Source of the DNA: Nemertoderma westbladi
Lineage: Eukaryota; Animalia; Xenacoelomorpha
Length of the DNA stretch: 64,000 bases
Assembly (NCBI GenBank): GCA_032718475.1
Contig: JAUCBJ010009135.1
Location: forward strand, 62,001-126,000
Direction: 5' to 3'
The notes under the pieces are model-generated. The model saw only the letters and a program-made list of their open reading frames with translations, was not told the origin of the DNA and did not search any database. Position numbers and translations under genes: made by a program. This document shows positions 33,078 to 46,500 of the stretch, piece by piece; position 1 is the first letter of the stretch, and every line of letters begins with the position of its first letter.

Positions 33078-35565
33078 GCACCTATGTGTTACCTTGCAGT
33101 GCGACAGCCAGGATTTAGAAGACGGGTAGAGTATGTGCACCAATGTGTTACCTTGCAGTACAACAGTCAGGATTTAGAAGATGGGTAGAGTACATGCACC
33201 AATGTGTTACCTTGCAGTACGACAGCCAGGATTTAGAAGACGGGTAGAGTATGTGCACCAATGTGTTACCTTGCAGTACGACAGCCAGGATTTAGAAGAC
33301 GGGTAGAGTATGTGCACCAATGTGTTACCTTGCAGTACAACAGTCAGGATTTAGAAGATGGGTAGAGTACATGCACCAATGTGTTACCTTGCAGTGCGAC
33401 AGCCAGGATTTAGAAGACGGGTAGAGTATGTGCACCAATGTGTTACCTTGCAGTGCGACAGCCAGGATTTAGAAGACGGGTAGAGTACGTGCACCAATGT
33501 GTTACCTTGCAGTGCGACAGCCAGGATTTAGAAGACGGGTAGAGTACGTGCACCAATGTGTTACCTTGCAGTACGACAGCCAGGATTTAGAAGACGGGTA
33601 GAGTACGTGCACCAATGTGTTACCTTGCAGTGCGACAGTCAGGATTTAGAAGACGGGTAGAGTACGTGCACCAATGTGTTACCTTGCAGTGCGACAGCCA
33701 GGATTTAGAAGACGGGTAGAGTATGTGCACCAATGTGTTACCTTGCAGTGCGACAGCCAGGATTTAGAAGACGGGTAGAGTATGTGCACCAATGTGTTAC
33801 CTTGCAGTGCGACAGCCAGAATTTAGAAGACGGGTAGTAGAGTACGTGCACCTATGTGTTACCTTGCAGTGCAACAGCCAGGATTTAGAAGACGGGTAGA
33901 GTACGTGCACCAATGTGTTACCTTGCAGTGCGACAGCCAGGATTTAGAAGACGGGTAGAGTACGTGCACCAATGTGTTACCTTGCAGTACGACAGCCAGG
34001 ATTTAGAAGACGGGTAGAGTACGTGCACCAATGTGTTACCTTGCAGTGCGACAGCCAGGATTTAGAAGACGGGTAGAGTACGTGCACCAATGTGTTACCT
34101 TGCAGTGCGACAGCCAGGATTTAGAAGACGGGTAGAGTACGTGCACCAATGTGTTACCTTGCAGTGCGACAGTCAGGATTTAGAAGACGGGTAGAGTACG
34201 TGCACCAATGTGTTACCTTGCAGTGCGACAGCCAGGATTTAGAAGACGGGTAGAGTACGTGCACCAATGTGTTACCTTGCAGTGCGACAGCCAGGATTTA
34301 GAAGACGGGTAGAGTACGTGCACCAATGTGTTACCTTGCAGTACGACAGCCAGGATTTAGAAGACGGGTAGAGTACGTGCACCAATGTGTTACCTTGCAG
34401 TGCGACAGCCAGGATTTAGAAGACGGGTAGAGTATGTGCACCAATGTGTTACCTTGCAGTGCGACAGCCAGGATTTAGAAGACGGGTAGAGTATGTGCAC
34501 CAATGTGTTACCTTGCAGTGCAACAGCCAGGATTTAGAAGACGGGTATAGAACGTGCACCAATGTGTTACCTTGCAGTACGACAGCCAGGATTTAGAAGA
34601 CGGGTAGAGTACGTGCACCTATGTGTTACCTTGCAGTGCAACAGCCAGGATTTAGAAGACGGGTATAGAACGTGCACCAATGTGTTACCTTGCAGTACGA
34701 CAGCCAGGATTTAGAAGACGGGTAGAGTATGTGCACCAATGTGTTACCTTGCAGTGCGACAGCCAGGATTTAGAAGACGGGTAGAGTATGTGCACCAATG
34801 TGTTACCTTGCAGTGCAACAGCCAGGATTTAGAAGACGGGTAGTAGAGTACGTGCACCTATGTGTTACCTTGCAGTGCAACAGCCAGGATTTAGAAGACG
34901 GGTATAGAACGTGCACCAATGTGTTACCTTGCAGTACGACAGCCAGGATTTAGAAGACGGGTATAGAACGTGCACCTATGTGTTACCTTGCAGTACGACA
35001 GCCAGGATTTAGAAGACGGGTATAGAACGTGCACCTATGTGTTACCTTGCAGTGCAACACCCAGGATTTAGAAGACGGGTATAGAACGTGCACCTATGTG
35101 TTGCCTTGCAGTACGACAGTCAGGATTTAGAAGACGGGCAGAGTACTTGCACCTATGTGTTACCTTGCAGTGCAACAGCCAGGATTTAGAAGACGGGTAG
35201 AGTACGTGCACCAATGTGTTACCTTGCAGTGCGACAGCCAGGATTTAGAAGACGGGTAGAGTATGTGCACCAATGTGTTACCTTGCAGTACGACAGCCAG
35301 GATTTAGAAGACGGGTAGAGTATGTGAACCAATGTGTTACCTTGCAGTACGACAGCCAGGATTTAGAAGACGGGTAGAGTACGTGCACCAATGTGTTACC
35401 TTGCAGTACGACAGTCAGGATTTAGAAGACGGGTAGAGTATGTGAACCAATGTGTTACCTTGCAGTACGACAGCCAGGATTTAGAAGACGGGTAGAGTAC
35501 GTGCACCAATGTGTTACCTTGCAGTACGACAGTCAGGATTTAGAAGACGGGTATAGAACGTGTAC
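33078..35565. repeat. 59-bp tandem minisatellite, ~42 copies
   Basis: Unit atgtgttaccttgcagtgcgacagccaggatttagaagacgggtagagtacgtgcacca. Confidence 0.98.
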
Positions 35566-35579
35566 TTCTTTTCCAATAT

Positions 35580-35687
35580 ACTATATAACATTGCAATACC
35601 AGCAACAATTTCTTCTGGTATTCCTTAAGCTCTTAGGATATTCAGCATTTAATCTTTATGGATGGGGTCGAATTCTTTCTCGATTCC
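35580..35687 (-). pseudogene. Short decayed LINE reverse transcriptase fragment (RTE-like)
   Basis: Minus strand translates EKEFDPIHKD*MLNILRA*GIPEEIVAGIAMLY, resembling the KAFDSIHR..M..ILRAYGIP..IV..I..LY segment of RTE-type RTs, with two stops. Confidence 0.65.
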
Positions 35688-36876
35688 AAGCCCCCCCCCC
35701 CCCCCTCCTCCCTCCAACATTACAAATCCCAAATACAGCGTGGTATATAAATTTCCTTGGGTATTCCCCTGGATACTGGTGATACTACTAATAACTAATA
35801 CTACTTTAAACTATTAACCCACTCTATACAATAAATGAAGCAGTCAATACTTTTGGAACAAATGATTACGATCCTTGTGAAGAAATTGTTAATAAAATAG
35901 AATAAATAAATAGAAAGATAATAAATATAGTTGACCTTAAATTAAAGACAGTGTGTAATTTCTCGGTATGGGAACTATAATTAATTTATTTAGAAATTAA
36001 TATTTAAAAAATAATATATTCAATAATTTACTAACTTAATAAATTTAATTACAAGACGGTGTCCCACTTCCCTTGGTTGCGCATTTAAAGCCTTATTAGT
36101 CCATTTGTTAATATTTGTTGCATTAAGTAACATCGTGTAATTCCATTTGTTGCTGATTATATATATAATATATATATGTAATTATATCGGCATTATAAAA
36201 TTCATCCACTGAGAGAAAGCCGCTCCAATATTAGAGAACAACAATTCCACAGGGTTAGGAATTGGAGATATTATTTAATTTATATTGTATTACGCGATAT
36301 TTCGACAGGAAGAATATTCACTCGTCATGAACCCAACATTTTGAAACCTTTGTTTAATTCCCTCAATGCGCGTTTGCTGTAGTTGGGTGATGTGATACGT
36401 TTTTAACGCTGAGATATTTTGGTTGTGAATTGTTTTAGGTATCGGAGATATTTCATTTATAATTAGGGCCTATTAGTGTGAGAGGAAGTAATTTTAGATT
36501 ATACTGTACAATGTTATATAAGTATATATAAGTAACGAAATAATCAATTTGGAAACCTACCGATCAGCTGACTGCCGTTACCTAATTGGTTGCTTTCAAA
36601 TTGCCCATTGCTGTACATACTGAATCTAATGGGGTGTGAGAGGCGAAAATGCCCCCCCCCCCCCCGCATATTTTGACCGCGGTGGCAAAATCCGCTTGAG
36701 GGCTAGCAGATTTTGAATGCCATAGGATCAAATATGCAAGCAGATATTGTCCATTTGCGCTGATTTTGTCCCCCTTGAATCTAATCTAAACTACCTAACT
36801 GATAAATATCCTACCCACAAAAATAACTACAGTATCGAAGGTTGGTAATATTGATTGATCATCGGATAATTGAGTT

Positions 36877-37612
36877 ACCAATTGAGGGAAATTTAACAGA
36901 GACAGGCTTTTCTAACCAAAACAATAAACGAAATTGTTACCAATTGAGGGAAACGAACTGGTTACAGAGGCAGGCTTTTCTAACCAAAACAATAAACGAA
37001 ATTGTTACCAATTGAGGGAAACGAACTGGTTACAGAGGCAGGCTTTTCTAACCAAAACAATAAACGAAATTGTTACCAATTGAGGGAAACGAACTGGTTA
37101 CAGAGGCAGGCTTTTCTAACCAAAACAATAAACGAAATTGTTACCAATTGAGGGAAACGAACTGGTTACAGAGGCAGGCTTTTCTAACCAAAACAATAAA
37201 CGAAATTGTTACCAATTGAGGGAAAGGAACAGGTTACAGAGGCAGGCTTTTCTAACCAAAACAATAAACGAAATTGTTACCAATTGAGGGAAACGAACTG
37301 GTTACAGAGGCAGCCTTTTCTAACCAAAACAATAAACGAAATTGTTACCGATTCAGGGAAACGAACTGGTTACAGAGGCAGGCTTTTCTAACCAAAACAA
37401 TAAACGAAATTGTTACCAATTGAGGGAAACGAACTGGTTACAGAGGCAGGCTTTTCTAACCAAAACAATAAACGAAATTGTTACTAATTGAGCGAAAGGA
37501 ACAGGTTACAGAGGCAACCTTTTCTAACCAAAACAATAAGCTGTATTGTTACCAATTGAGGGAAACGAACTGGTTACAGATTCAGGCCTTTCTAGCAAAA
37601 ACAATAAACGAT
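36877..37612. repeat. 68-bp tandem minisatellite, ~11 copies
   Basis: Unit accaattgagggaaacgaactggttacagaggcaggcttttctaaccaaaacaataaacgaaattgtt; same family and orientation as 10588-11709. Confidence 0.96.
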
Positions 37613-37757
37613 ATTTTTACCGCCTTCATTTCCTGTAGTACTATATTGGTTTTGTAGTGATTGGTATTGCTATTGTTATATTATTATTACAATATTGGTA
37701 TTGTCTGATAGTATAATCTGATGATACTGCTGTACTGTGCAGATTTCGCTTTTGATA

Positions 37758-40329
37758 GCACTGTTACTAGGACTGTTGTAGTAGGCCCTACATACATAGG
37801 ATGCACTGTTACTAGGACTGTTGTAGTAGGCCCTACATACATAGAATGCACTGTTACTAGGACTGTTGTAGTAGGCCCTACATACATAGAATGCACTGTT
37901 ACTAGGACTGTTGTAGTAGGCCCTACATACATAGAATGCACTGTTACTAGGACTGTTGTAGTAGGCCCTACATACATAGAATGCACTGTTACTAGGACTG
38001 TTGTAGTAGGCCCTACATACATAGAATGCACTGTTACTAGGACTGTTGTAGTAGGCCCTACATACATAGAATGCACTGTTACTAGGACTGTTGTAGTAGG
38101 CCCTACATACATAGAATGCACTGTTACTAGGACTGTTGTAGTAGGCCCTACATACATAGAATGCACTGTTGCTAGGACTGTTGTAGTAGGCCCTACATAC
38201 ATAGGATGCACTGTTACTAGGACTGTTGTAGTAGGCCCTACATACATAGGATGCACTGTTACTAGGACTGTTGTAGTAGGCCCTACATACATAGAATGCA
38301 CTGTTACTAGGACTGTTGTAGTAGGCCCTACATACATAGAATGCACTGTTACTAGGACTGTTGTAGTAGGCCCTACATACATAGAATGCACTGTTACTAG
38401 GACTGTTGTAGTAGGCCCTACATACATAGAATGCACTGTTACTAGGACTGTTGTAGTAGGCCCTACATACATAGAATGCACTGTTACTAGGACTGTTGTA
38501 GTAGGCCCTACATACATAGAATGCACTGTTACTAGGACTGTTGTAGTAGGCCCTACATACATAGAATGCACTGTTACTAGGACTGTTGTAGTAGGCCCTA
38601 CATACATAGAATGCACTGTTACTAGGACTGTTGTAGTAGGCCCTACATACATAGAATGCACTGTTACTAGGACTGTTGTAGTAGGCCCTACATACATAGA
38701 ATGCACTGTTACTAGGACTGTTGTAGTAGGCCCTACATACATAGAATGCACTGTTACTAGGACTGTTGTAGTAGGCCCTACATACATAGAATGCACTGTT
38801 ACTAGGACTGTTGTAGTAGGCCCTACATACATAGAATGCACTGTTACTAGGACTGTTGTAGTAGGCCCTACATACATAGAATGCACTGTTACTAGGACTG
38901 TTGTAGTAGGCCCTACATACATAGAATGCACTGTTACTAGGACTGTTGTAGTAGGCCCTACATACATAGGATGCACTGTTACTAGGACTGTTGTAGTAGG
39001 CCCTACATACATAGAATGCACTGTTACTAGGACTGTTGTAGTAGGCCCTACATACATAGGATGCACTGTTACTAGGACTGTTGTAGTAGGCCCTACATAC
39101 ATAGAATGCACTGTTACTAGGACTGTTGTAGTAGGCCCTACATACATAGAATGCACTGTTACTAGGACTGTTGTAGTAGGCCCTACATACATAGGATGCA
39201 CTGTTACTAGGACTGTTGTAGTAGGCCCTACATACATAGGATGCACTGTTACTAGGACTGTTGTAGTAGGCCCTACATACATAGAATGCACTGTTACTAG
39301 GACTGTTGTAGTAGGCCCTACATACATAGAATGCACTGTTACTAGGACTGTTGTAGTAGGCCCTACATACATAGGATGCACTGTTACTAGGACTGTTGTA
39401 GTAGGCCCTACATACATAGGATGCACTGTTACTAGGACTGTTGTAGTAGGCCCTACATACATAGAATGCACTGTTACTAGGACTGTTGTAGTAGGCCCTA
39501 CATACATAGAATGCACTGTTACTAGGACTGTTGTAGTAGGCCCTACATACATAGAATGCACTGTTACTAGGACTGTTGTAGTAGGCCCTACATACATAGG
39601 ATGCACTGTTACTAGGACTGTTGTAGTAGGCCCTACATACATAGAATGCACTGTTACTAGGACTGTTGTAGTAGGCCCTACATACATAGAATGCACTGTT
39701 ACTAGGACTGTTGTAGTAGGCCCTACATACATAGAATGCACTGTTACTAGGACTGTTGTAGTAGGCCCTACATACATAGAATGCACTGTTACTAGGACTG
39801 TTGTAGTAGGCCCTACATACATAGAATGCACTGTTACTAGGACTGTTGTAGTAGGCCCTACATACATAGAATGCACTGTTACTAGGACTGTTGTAGTAGG
39901 CCCTACATACATAGAATGCACTGTTACTAGGACTGTTGTAGTAGGCCCTACATACATAGAATGCACTGTTACTAGGACTGTTGTAGTAGGCCCTACATAC
40001 ATAGAATGCACTGTTACTAGGACTGTTGTAGTAGGCCCTACATACATAGAATGCACTGTTACTAGGACTGTTGTAGTAGGCCCTACATACATAGAATGCA
40101 CTGTTACTAGGACTGTTGTAGTAGGCCCTACATACATAGAATGCACTGTTACTAGGACTGTTGTAGTAGGCCCTACATACATAGGATGCACTGTTACTAG
40201 GACTGTTGTAGTAGGCCCTACATACATAGAATGCACTGTTACTAGGACTGTTGTAGTAGGCCCTACATACATAGAATGCACTGTTACTAGGACTGTTGTA
40301 GTAGGCCCTACATACATAGAATGCACTGC
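37758..40329. repeat. 45-bp tandem satellite, ~57 near-identical copies
   Basis: Unit atgcactgttactaggactgttgtagtaggccctacatacatag(a/g); essentially one variable position. Confidence 0.99.
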
Positions 40330-40427
40330 ACAACACATTTTATAATTCTTTGTTCAATTTGTTCGGAAGATTTATTAGCAAGGGTATTTATTATTCTGAA
40401 CACCAAATATACCAAATGTGTACCAAA

Positions 40428-40583
40428 AGTGTACCAAATATTAATTCACTTAAAATTATTCTGAACACTAGTGTACCAAATATTAATTCACTTAAAATTA
40501 TTCTGAACACTAGTGTACCAAATATCAATTCACTTAAAATTATTCTGAACACTAGTGTACCAAATATCAATTCACTTAAAATT
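40428..40583. repeat. 42-bp tandem repeat, ~4 copies
   Basis: agtgtaccaaatattaattcacttaaaattattctgaacact repeated. Confidence 0.9.
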
Positions 40584-43500
40584 AGAGGAGAACTAGCATT
40601 TTTCATGAAAAGGGTCATTTTTTGACAATTTCCAAAATAGGGGATGGGGGGGGGGGGGTGCTTTAATGGTATCCTAATCGTACAGTATGTTATGTTGGAT
40701 AATTCCTATATACATTTTTTGGTGTATTTGTTATTGTTTTTACGTAAAACATTATATACACACGCGCAGAACAATTACCATAGCAACGTTCGATGTAAAT
40801 GCACAGAAAACTAACCATAACATAGGATTTTTTTAACTCATGTCTTTATTTTAACAAAACTTACCCTCTGACTGTGTCAGAAAACACCCACTTAAATTCA
40901 TCTTCAGAAAGTTTAATGTTTACAGTTAAACATTGCAGTTATCTACGCATGGTTTTTACTTGCCAATACAATTAATTAAAATTTCAATGAGAACTGTAAT
41001 TATACAGTCCGCAATTCACACAGTTTAACATATAAACAAATTGCGATACTTATTATAGTATGAGAATAACTAAACTAATGTATCAATAAAATTATTATTA
41101 TTATGAAATTGTTCTATATTCCACCGATTATATAGGAAAACAAGGCGGAACTTATCGTAGAACTTTGACCCAAACGTAAGTTGCTTTAGCGCCATGAGAA
41201 AATGTGGGCTAAGCCCGGCTATAATATGTATAACCTGTAATACAACAGTAAACAGAAAAATCCACCGATTGTAATGCTATTCTATAGACCGGTAATGACA
41301 AATACCTATAAATAGCACTGCTATTGACGCAAAACTGTAGTGCGGTTGTTGCTAAGAGCAATGATATCGGGTATATAAGTTTAATATTGTTTGTCACCTT
41401 TTCAACAAAACAATAGCTCATAGTACAGGGTACTTTTATTGTGTGGGGAGAACCGATTACAGATGTGTATTAATTATTACAATCGGGTTAATATTATAGA
41501 GTCTTACTTATCTGATGTGCGATGGTGGTAAATGTAAAAGATAAGAAGAAGTGTTTGAATGCAGAGGGAGTGTTGAGCAATTCAGAGAATTTAAATCGGT
41601 AGGTTAATAATATTATTCCAGTTGTGATGAAGAAGAGAGGTTCATTTATCCTGTACTACTGTATTAGCACTGTGGTGGTTGGAAGAGAGGTTCATTTATC
41701 CTGTACTACTGTATTAGCAATGTGGTGGTTGGAAGAGAGGTTCATTTATCCTGTACTACTGTATTAGCACTGTGGTGGTTGGAAGAGAGGTTCATTTATC
41801 CTGTACTACTGTATTAGCATTGTGGGGGTTGGAAGAGAGGTTCATTTATCCTGTACTACTGTATTAGCATTGTGGGGGTTGGAAGAGAGGTTCATTTATC
41901 CTGTACTACTGTATTAGCATTGTGGGGGTTGGAAGATAATTTATTCATCCTGTGCTACTGTATTAGCACTGTGGTGGTTGGAAGAGAGGTTCATTTATCC
42001 GCTGTACTACTGTATTAGCACTGTGGGGGTTGGAAGAGAGGTTCGTTCATTTATCCTGTACTACTGTATTAGCACTGTGGTGGTTGGAAGAGAGGTTCAT
42101 TTATCCTGTACTACTGTATTAGCACTGTGGTGGTTGGAAGAGAGGTTCATTTATCCCGTACTACTGTATTAGCATTGTGGTGGTTGGAAGAGAGGTTCAT
42201 TTATCCGCTGTACTACTGTATTAGCACTGTGATGGTTGGAAGAGAGGTTCATTTATCCTGTACTACTGTATTAACACTGTGGTGGTTGGAAGAGAGGTTC
42301 ATTTATCCTGTACTACTGTATTAGCACTGTGGTGGTTGGAAGAGAGGTTAATTTATCCTGTACTACTGTATTAGCACTGTGGTGGTTGGAAGAGAGGTTC
42401 ATTCATCCTGTACAACTGTATTAGCACTGTGGTGGTTGGAAGAGAGGTTCATTTATCCTGTACTACTGTATTAGCACTGTGGTGGTTGGAAGAGAGGTTC
42501 ATTTATCCTGTACTACTGTATTAGCACTGTGGTGGTTGGAAGAGAGGTTCATTCATCCTGTACTACTGTATTAGCACTGTGGTGGTTGGAAGAGAGGTTC
42601 ATTTATCCTGTACTACTGTATTAGCACTGTGGTGGTTGGAAGAGAGGTTCATTTATCCTGTACTACTGTATTAGCACTGTGGTGGTTGGAAGAGAGGTTC
42701 ATTCATCCTGTACAACTGTATTAGCACTGTGGTGGTTGGAAGAGAGATTCATTTATCCTGTACTACTGTATTAGCACTGTGGTGGTTGGAAGAGAGGTTC
42801 ATTTATCCTGTACTACTGTATTAGCACTGTGGTGGTTGGAAGAGAGGTTCATTTATCCTGTACTACTGTATTAGCACTGTGGTGGTTGGAAGAGAGGTTC
42901 ATTTATCCTGTACTAATGTATTAGCACTGTGGTGGTTGGGTAGCACACTCTGGTGGTTGGAAGAGAGGTTCATTTATCCTGTACTACTGTATTAGCACTG
43001 TGGTGGTTGGAAGAGAGGTTCATTCATCCTGTACAACTGTATTAGCACTGTGGTGGTTGGAAGAGAGGTTCATTTATCATGTACTACTGTATTAGCACTG
43101 TGGTGGTTGGAAGAGAGGTTCATTTATCCTGTACTACTGTATTAGCACTGTGGTGGTTGGAAGAGAGGTTCATTTATCCTGTACTACTGTATTAGCACTG
43201 TGGTGGTTGGAAGAGAGGTTCATTTATCCTGTACTAATGTATTAGCACTGTGGTGGTTGGGTAGCACACTGTGGTGGTTGGAAGAGAGGTTCATTTATCC
43301 TGTACTACTGTATTAGCACTGTGGTGGTGGGAAGAGAGGTTCATTTATCCTGTACTACTGTATTAGCATTGTGGTGGTTGGAAGAGAGGTTCATTCATCC
43401 TGTACTACTGTATTAGCATTGTGGTGGTTGGAAGAGAGGTTCATTTATCCTGTACTACTGTATTAGCACCGTGGTGGTTGGAAGAGAGGTTCATTTATCC

Positions 43501-46500
43501 TGTACTACTGTATTAGCACACTGTGGTGGTTGGAAGAGAGGTTCATTTATCCCGTACTACTGTATTAGCATTGTGGTGGTTGGAAGAGAGGTTCATTTAT
43601 CCTGTACTACTGTATTAGCATTGTGGTGGTTGGAAGAGAGGTTCATTTATCCTGTACTACTGTATTAGCATTGTGGTGGTTGGAAGAGAGGTTCATTCAT
43701 CCTGTACTACTGTATTAGCATTGTGGTGGTTGTAAGAGAGGTTCATTCATCCTGTACTGTATTAGCACTGTGGTGGTTGGAAGAGAGGTTCATTTATCCT
43801 GTACTACTGTATTAGCATTGTGGTGGTTGGAAGAGAGGTTCATTTATCCTGTACTACTGTATTAGCACTGTGGTGGTTGGAAGAGAGGTTCATTTATCCT
43901 GTACTACTGTATTAGCACTGTGGTGGTTTGAAGAGAGGTTCATTCATCCTGTACTACTGTATTAGCACTGTGGTGGTTGGAAGAGAGGTTCATTTATCCT
44001 GTACTACTGTATTAACACTGTGGTGGTTGGAAGAGAGGTTCATTTATCCTGTACTACTGTATTAGCACTGTGGTGGTTGGAAGAGAGGTTCATTTATCCT
44101 GTACTACTGTATTAGCACTGTGGTGGTTGGAAGAGAGGTTCATTTATCCTGTACTACTGTATTAGCACTGTGGTGGTTGGAAGAGAGGTTCATTCATCCT
44201 GTACAACTGTATTAGCACTGTGGTGGTTGGAAGAGAGATTCATTTATCCTGTACTACTGTATTAGCACTGTGGTGGTTGGAAGAGAGGTTCATTTATCCT
44301 GTACTACTGTATTAGCACTGTGGTGGTTGGAAGAGAGGTTCATTTATCCTGTACTACTGTATTAGCACTGTGGTGGTTGGAAGAGAGGTTCATTTATCCT
44401 GTACTAATGTATTAGCACTGTGGTGGTTGGGTAGCACACTCTGGTGGTTGGAAGAGAGGTTCATTTATCCTGTACTACTGTATTAGCACTGTGGTGGTTG
44501 GAAGAGAGGTTCATTCATCCTGTACAACTGTATTAGCACTGTGGTGGTTGGAAGAGAGGTTCATTTATCCTGTACTACTGTATTAGCACTGTGGTGGTTG
44601 GAAGAGAGGTTCATTTATCCTGTACTACTGTATTAGCACTGTGGTGGTTGGAAGAGAGGTTCATTTATCCTGTACTACTGTATTAGCACTGTGGTGGTTG
44701 GAAGAGAGGTTCATTTATCCTGTACTAATGTATTAGCACTGTGGTGGTTGGGTAGCACACTGTGGTGGTTGGAAGAGAGGTTCATTTATCCTGTACTACT
44801 GTATTAGCACTGTGGTGGTGGGAAGAGAGGTTCATTTATCCTGTACTACTGTATTAGCATTGTGGTGGTTGGAAGAGAGGTTCATTCATCCTGTACTACT
44901 GTATTAGCATTGTGGTGGTTGGAAGAGAGGTTCATTTATCCTGTACTACTGTATTAGCACCGTGGTGGTTGGAAGAGAGGTTCATATATCCTGTACTACT
45001 GTATTAGCACACTGTGGTGGTTGGAAGAGAGGTTCATTTATCCCGTACTACTGTATTAGCATTGTGGTGGTTGGAAGAGAGGTTCATTTATCCTGTACTA
45101 CTGTATTAGCATTGTGGTGGTTGGAAGAGAGGTTCATTTATCCTGTACTACTGTATTAGCATTGTGGTGGTTGGAAGAGAGGTTCATTCATCCTGTACTA
45201 CTGTATTAGCATTGTGGTGGTTGTAAGAGAGGTTCATTCATCCTGTACTGTATTAGCACTGTGGTGGTTGGAAGAGAGGTTCATTTATCCTGTACTACTG
45301 TATTAGCATTGTGGTGGTTGGAAGAGAGGTTCATTTATCCTGTACTACTGTATTAGCACTGTGGTGGTTGGAAGAGAGGTTCATTTATCCTGTACTACTG
45401 TATTAGCACTGTGGTGGTTGGAAGAGAGGTTCATTTATCCTGTACTAATGTATTAGCACTGTGGTGGTTGGGTAGCACACTCTGGTGGTTGGAAGAGAGG
45501 TTCATTTATCCTGTACTACTGTATTAGCACTGTGGTGGTTGGAAGAGAGGTTCATTCATCCTGTACAACTGTATTAGCACTGTGGTGGTTGGAAGAGAGG
45601 TTCATTTATCCTGTACTACTGTATTAGCACTGTGGTGGTTGGAAGAGAGGTTCATTTATCCTGTACTACTGTATTAGCACTGTGGTGGTTGGAAGAGAGG
45701 TTCATTTATCCTGTACTACTGTATTAGCACTGTGGTGGTTGGAAGAGAGGTTCATTTATCCTGTACTAATGTATTAGCACTGTGGTGGTTGGGTAGCACA
45801 CTGTGGTGGTTGGAAGAGAGGTTCATTTATCCTGTACTACTGTATTAGCACTGTGGTGGTGGGAAGAGAGGTTCATTTATCCTGTACTACTGTATTAGCA
45901 TTGTGGTGGTTGGAAGAGAGGTTCATTCATCCTGTACTACTGTATTAGCATTGTGGTGGTTGGAAGAGAGGTTCATTTATCCTGTACTACTGTATTAGCA
46001 CCGTGGTGGTTGGAAGAGAGGTTCATATATCCTGTACTACTGTATTAGCACACTGTGGTGGTTGGAAGAGAGGTTCATTTATCCCGTACTACTGTATTAG
46101 CATTGTGGTGGTTGGAAGAGAGGTTCATTTATCCTGTACTACTGTATTAGCATTGTGGTGGTTGGAAGAGAGGTTCATTTATCCTGTACTACTGTATTAG
46201 CATTGTGGTGGTTGGAAGAGAGGTTCATTCATCCTGTACTACTGTATTAGCATTGTGGTGGTTGTAAGAGAGGTTCATTCATCCTGTACTGTATTAGCAC
46301 TGTGGTGGTTGGAAGAGAGGTTCATTTATCCTGTACTACTGTATTAGCATTGTGGTGGTTGGAAGAGAGGTTCATTTATCCTGTACTACTGTATTAGCAC
46401 TGTGGTGGTTGGAAGAGAGGTTCATTTATCCTGTACTACTGTATTAGCACTGTGGTGGTTTGAAGAGAGGTTCATTCATCCTGTACTACTGTATTAGCAC

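Noticed and set aside
33078-35565. Tandem micro-exon array (ccttgcag| ... |gtagag in every 59-bp unit)
   Set aside because: The implied exon is 26 nt (frame-breaking) and the intron only 33 nt, with a weak donor; more simply a minisatellite.
37676-40345. Three ~880-aa ORFs of 15-aa repeats on both strands
   Set aside because: By-product of a 45-bp satellite (a multiple of 3) lacking stops in several frames; near-identical units, no synonymous-site pattern, no unique domains.
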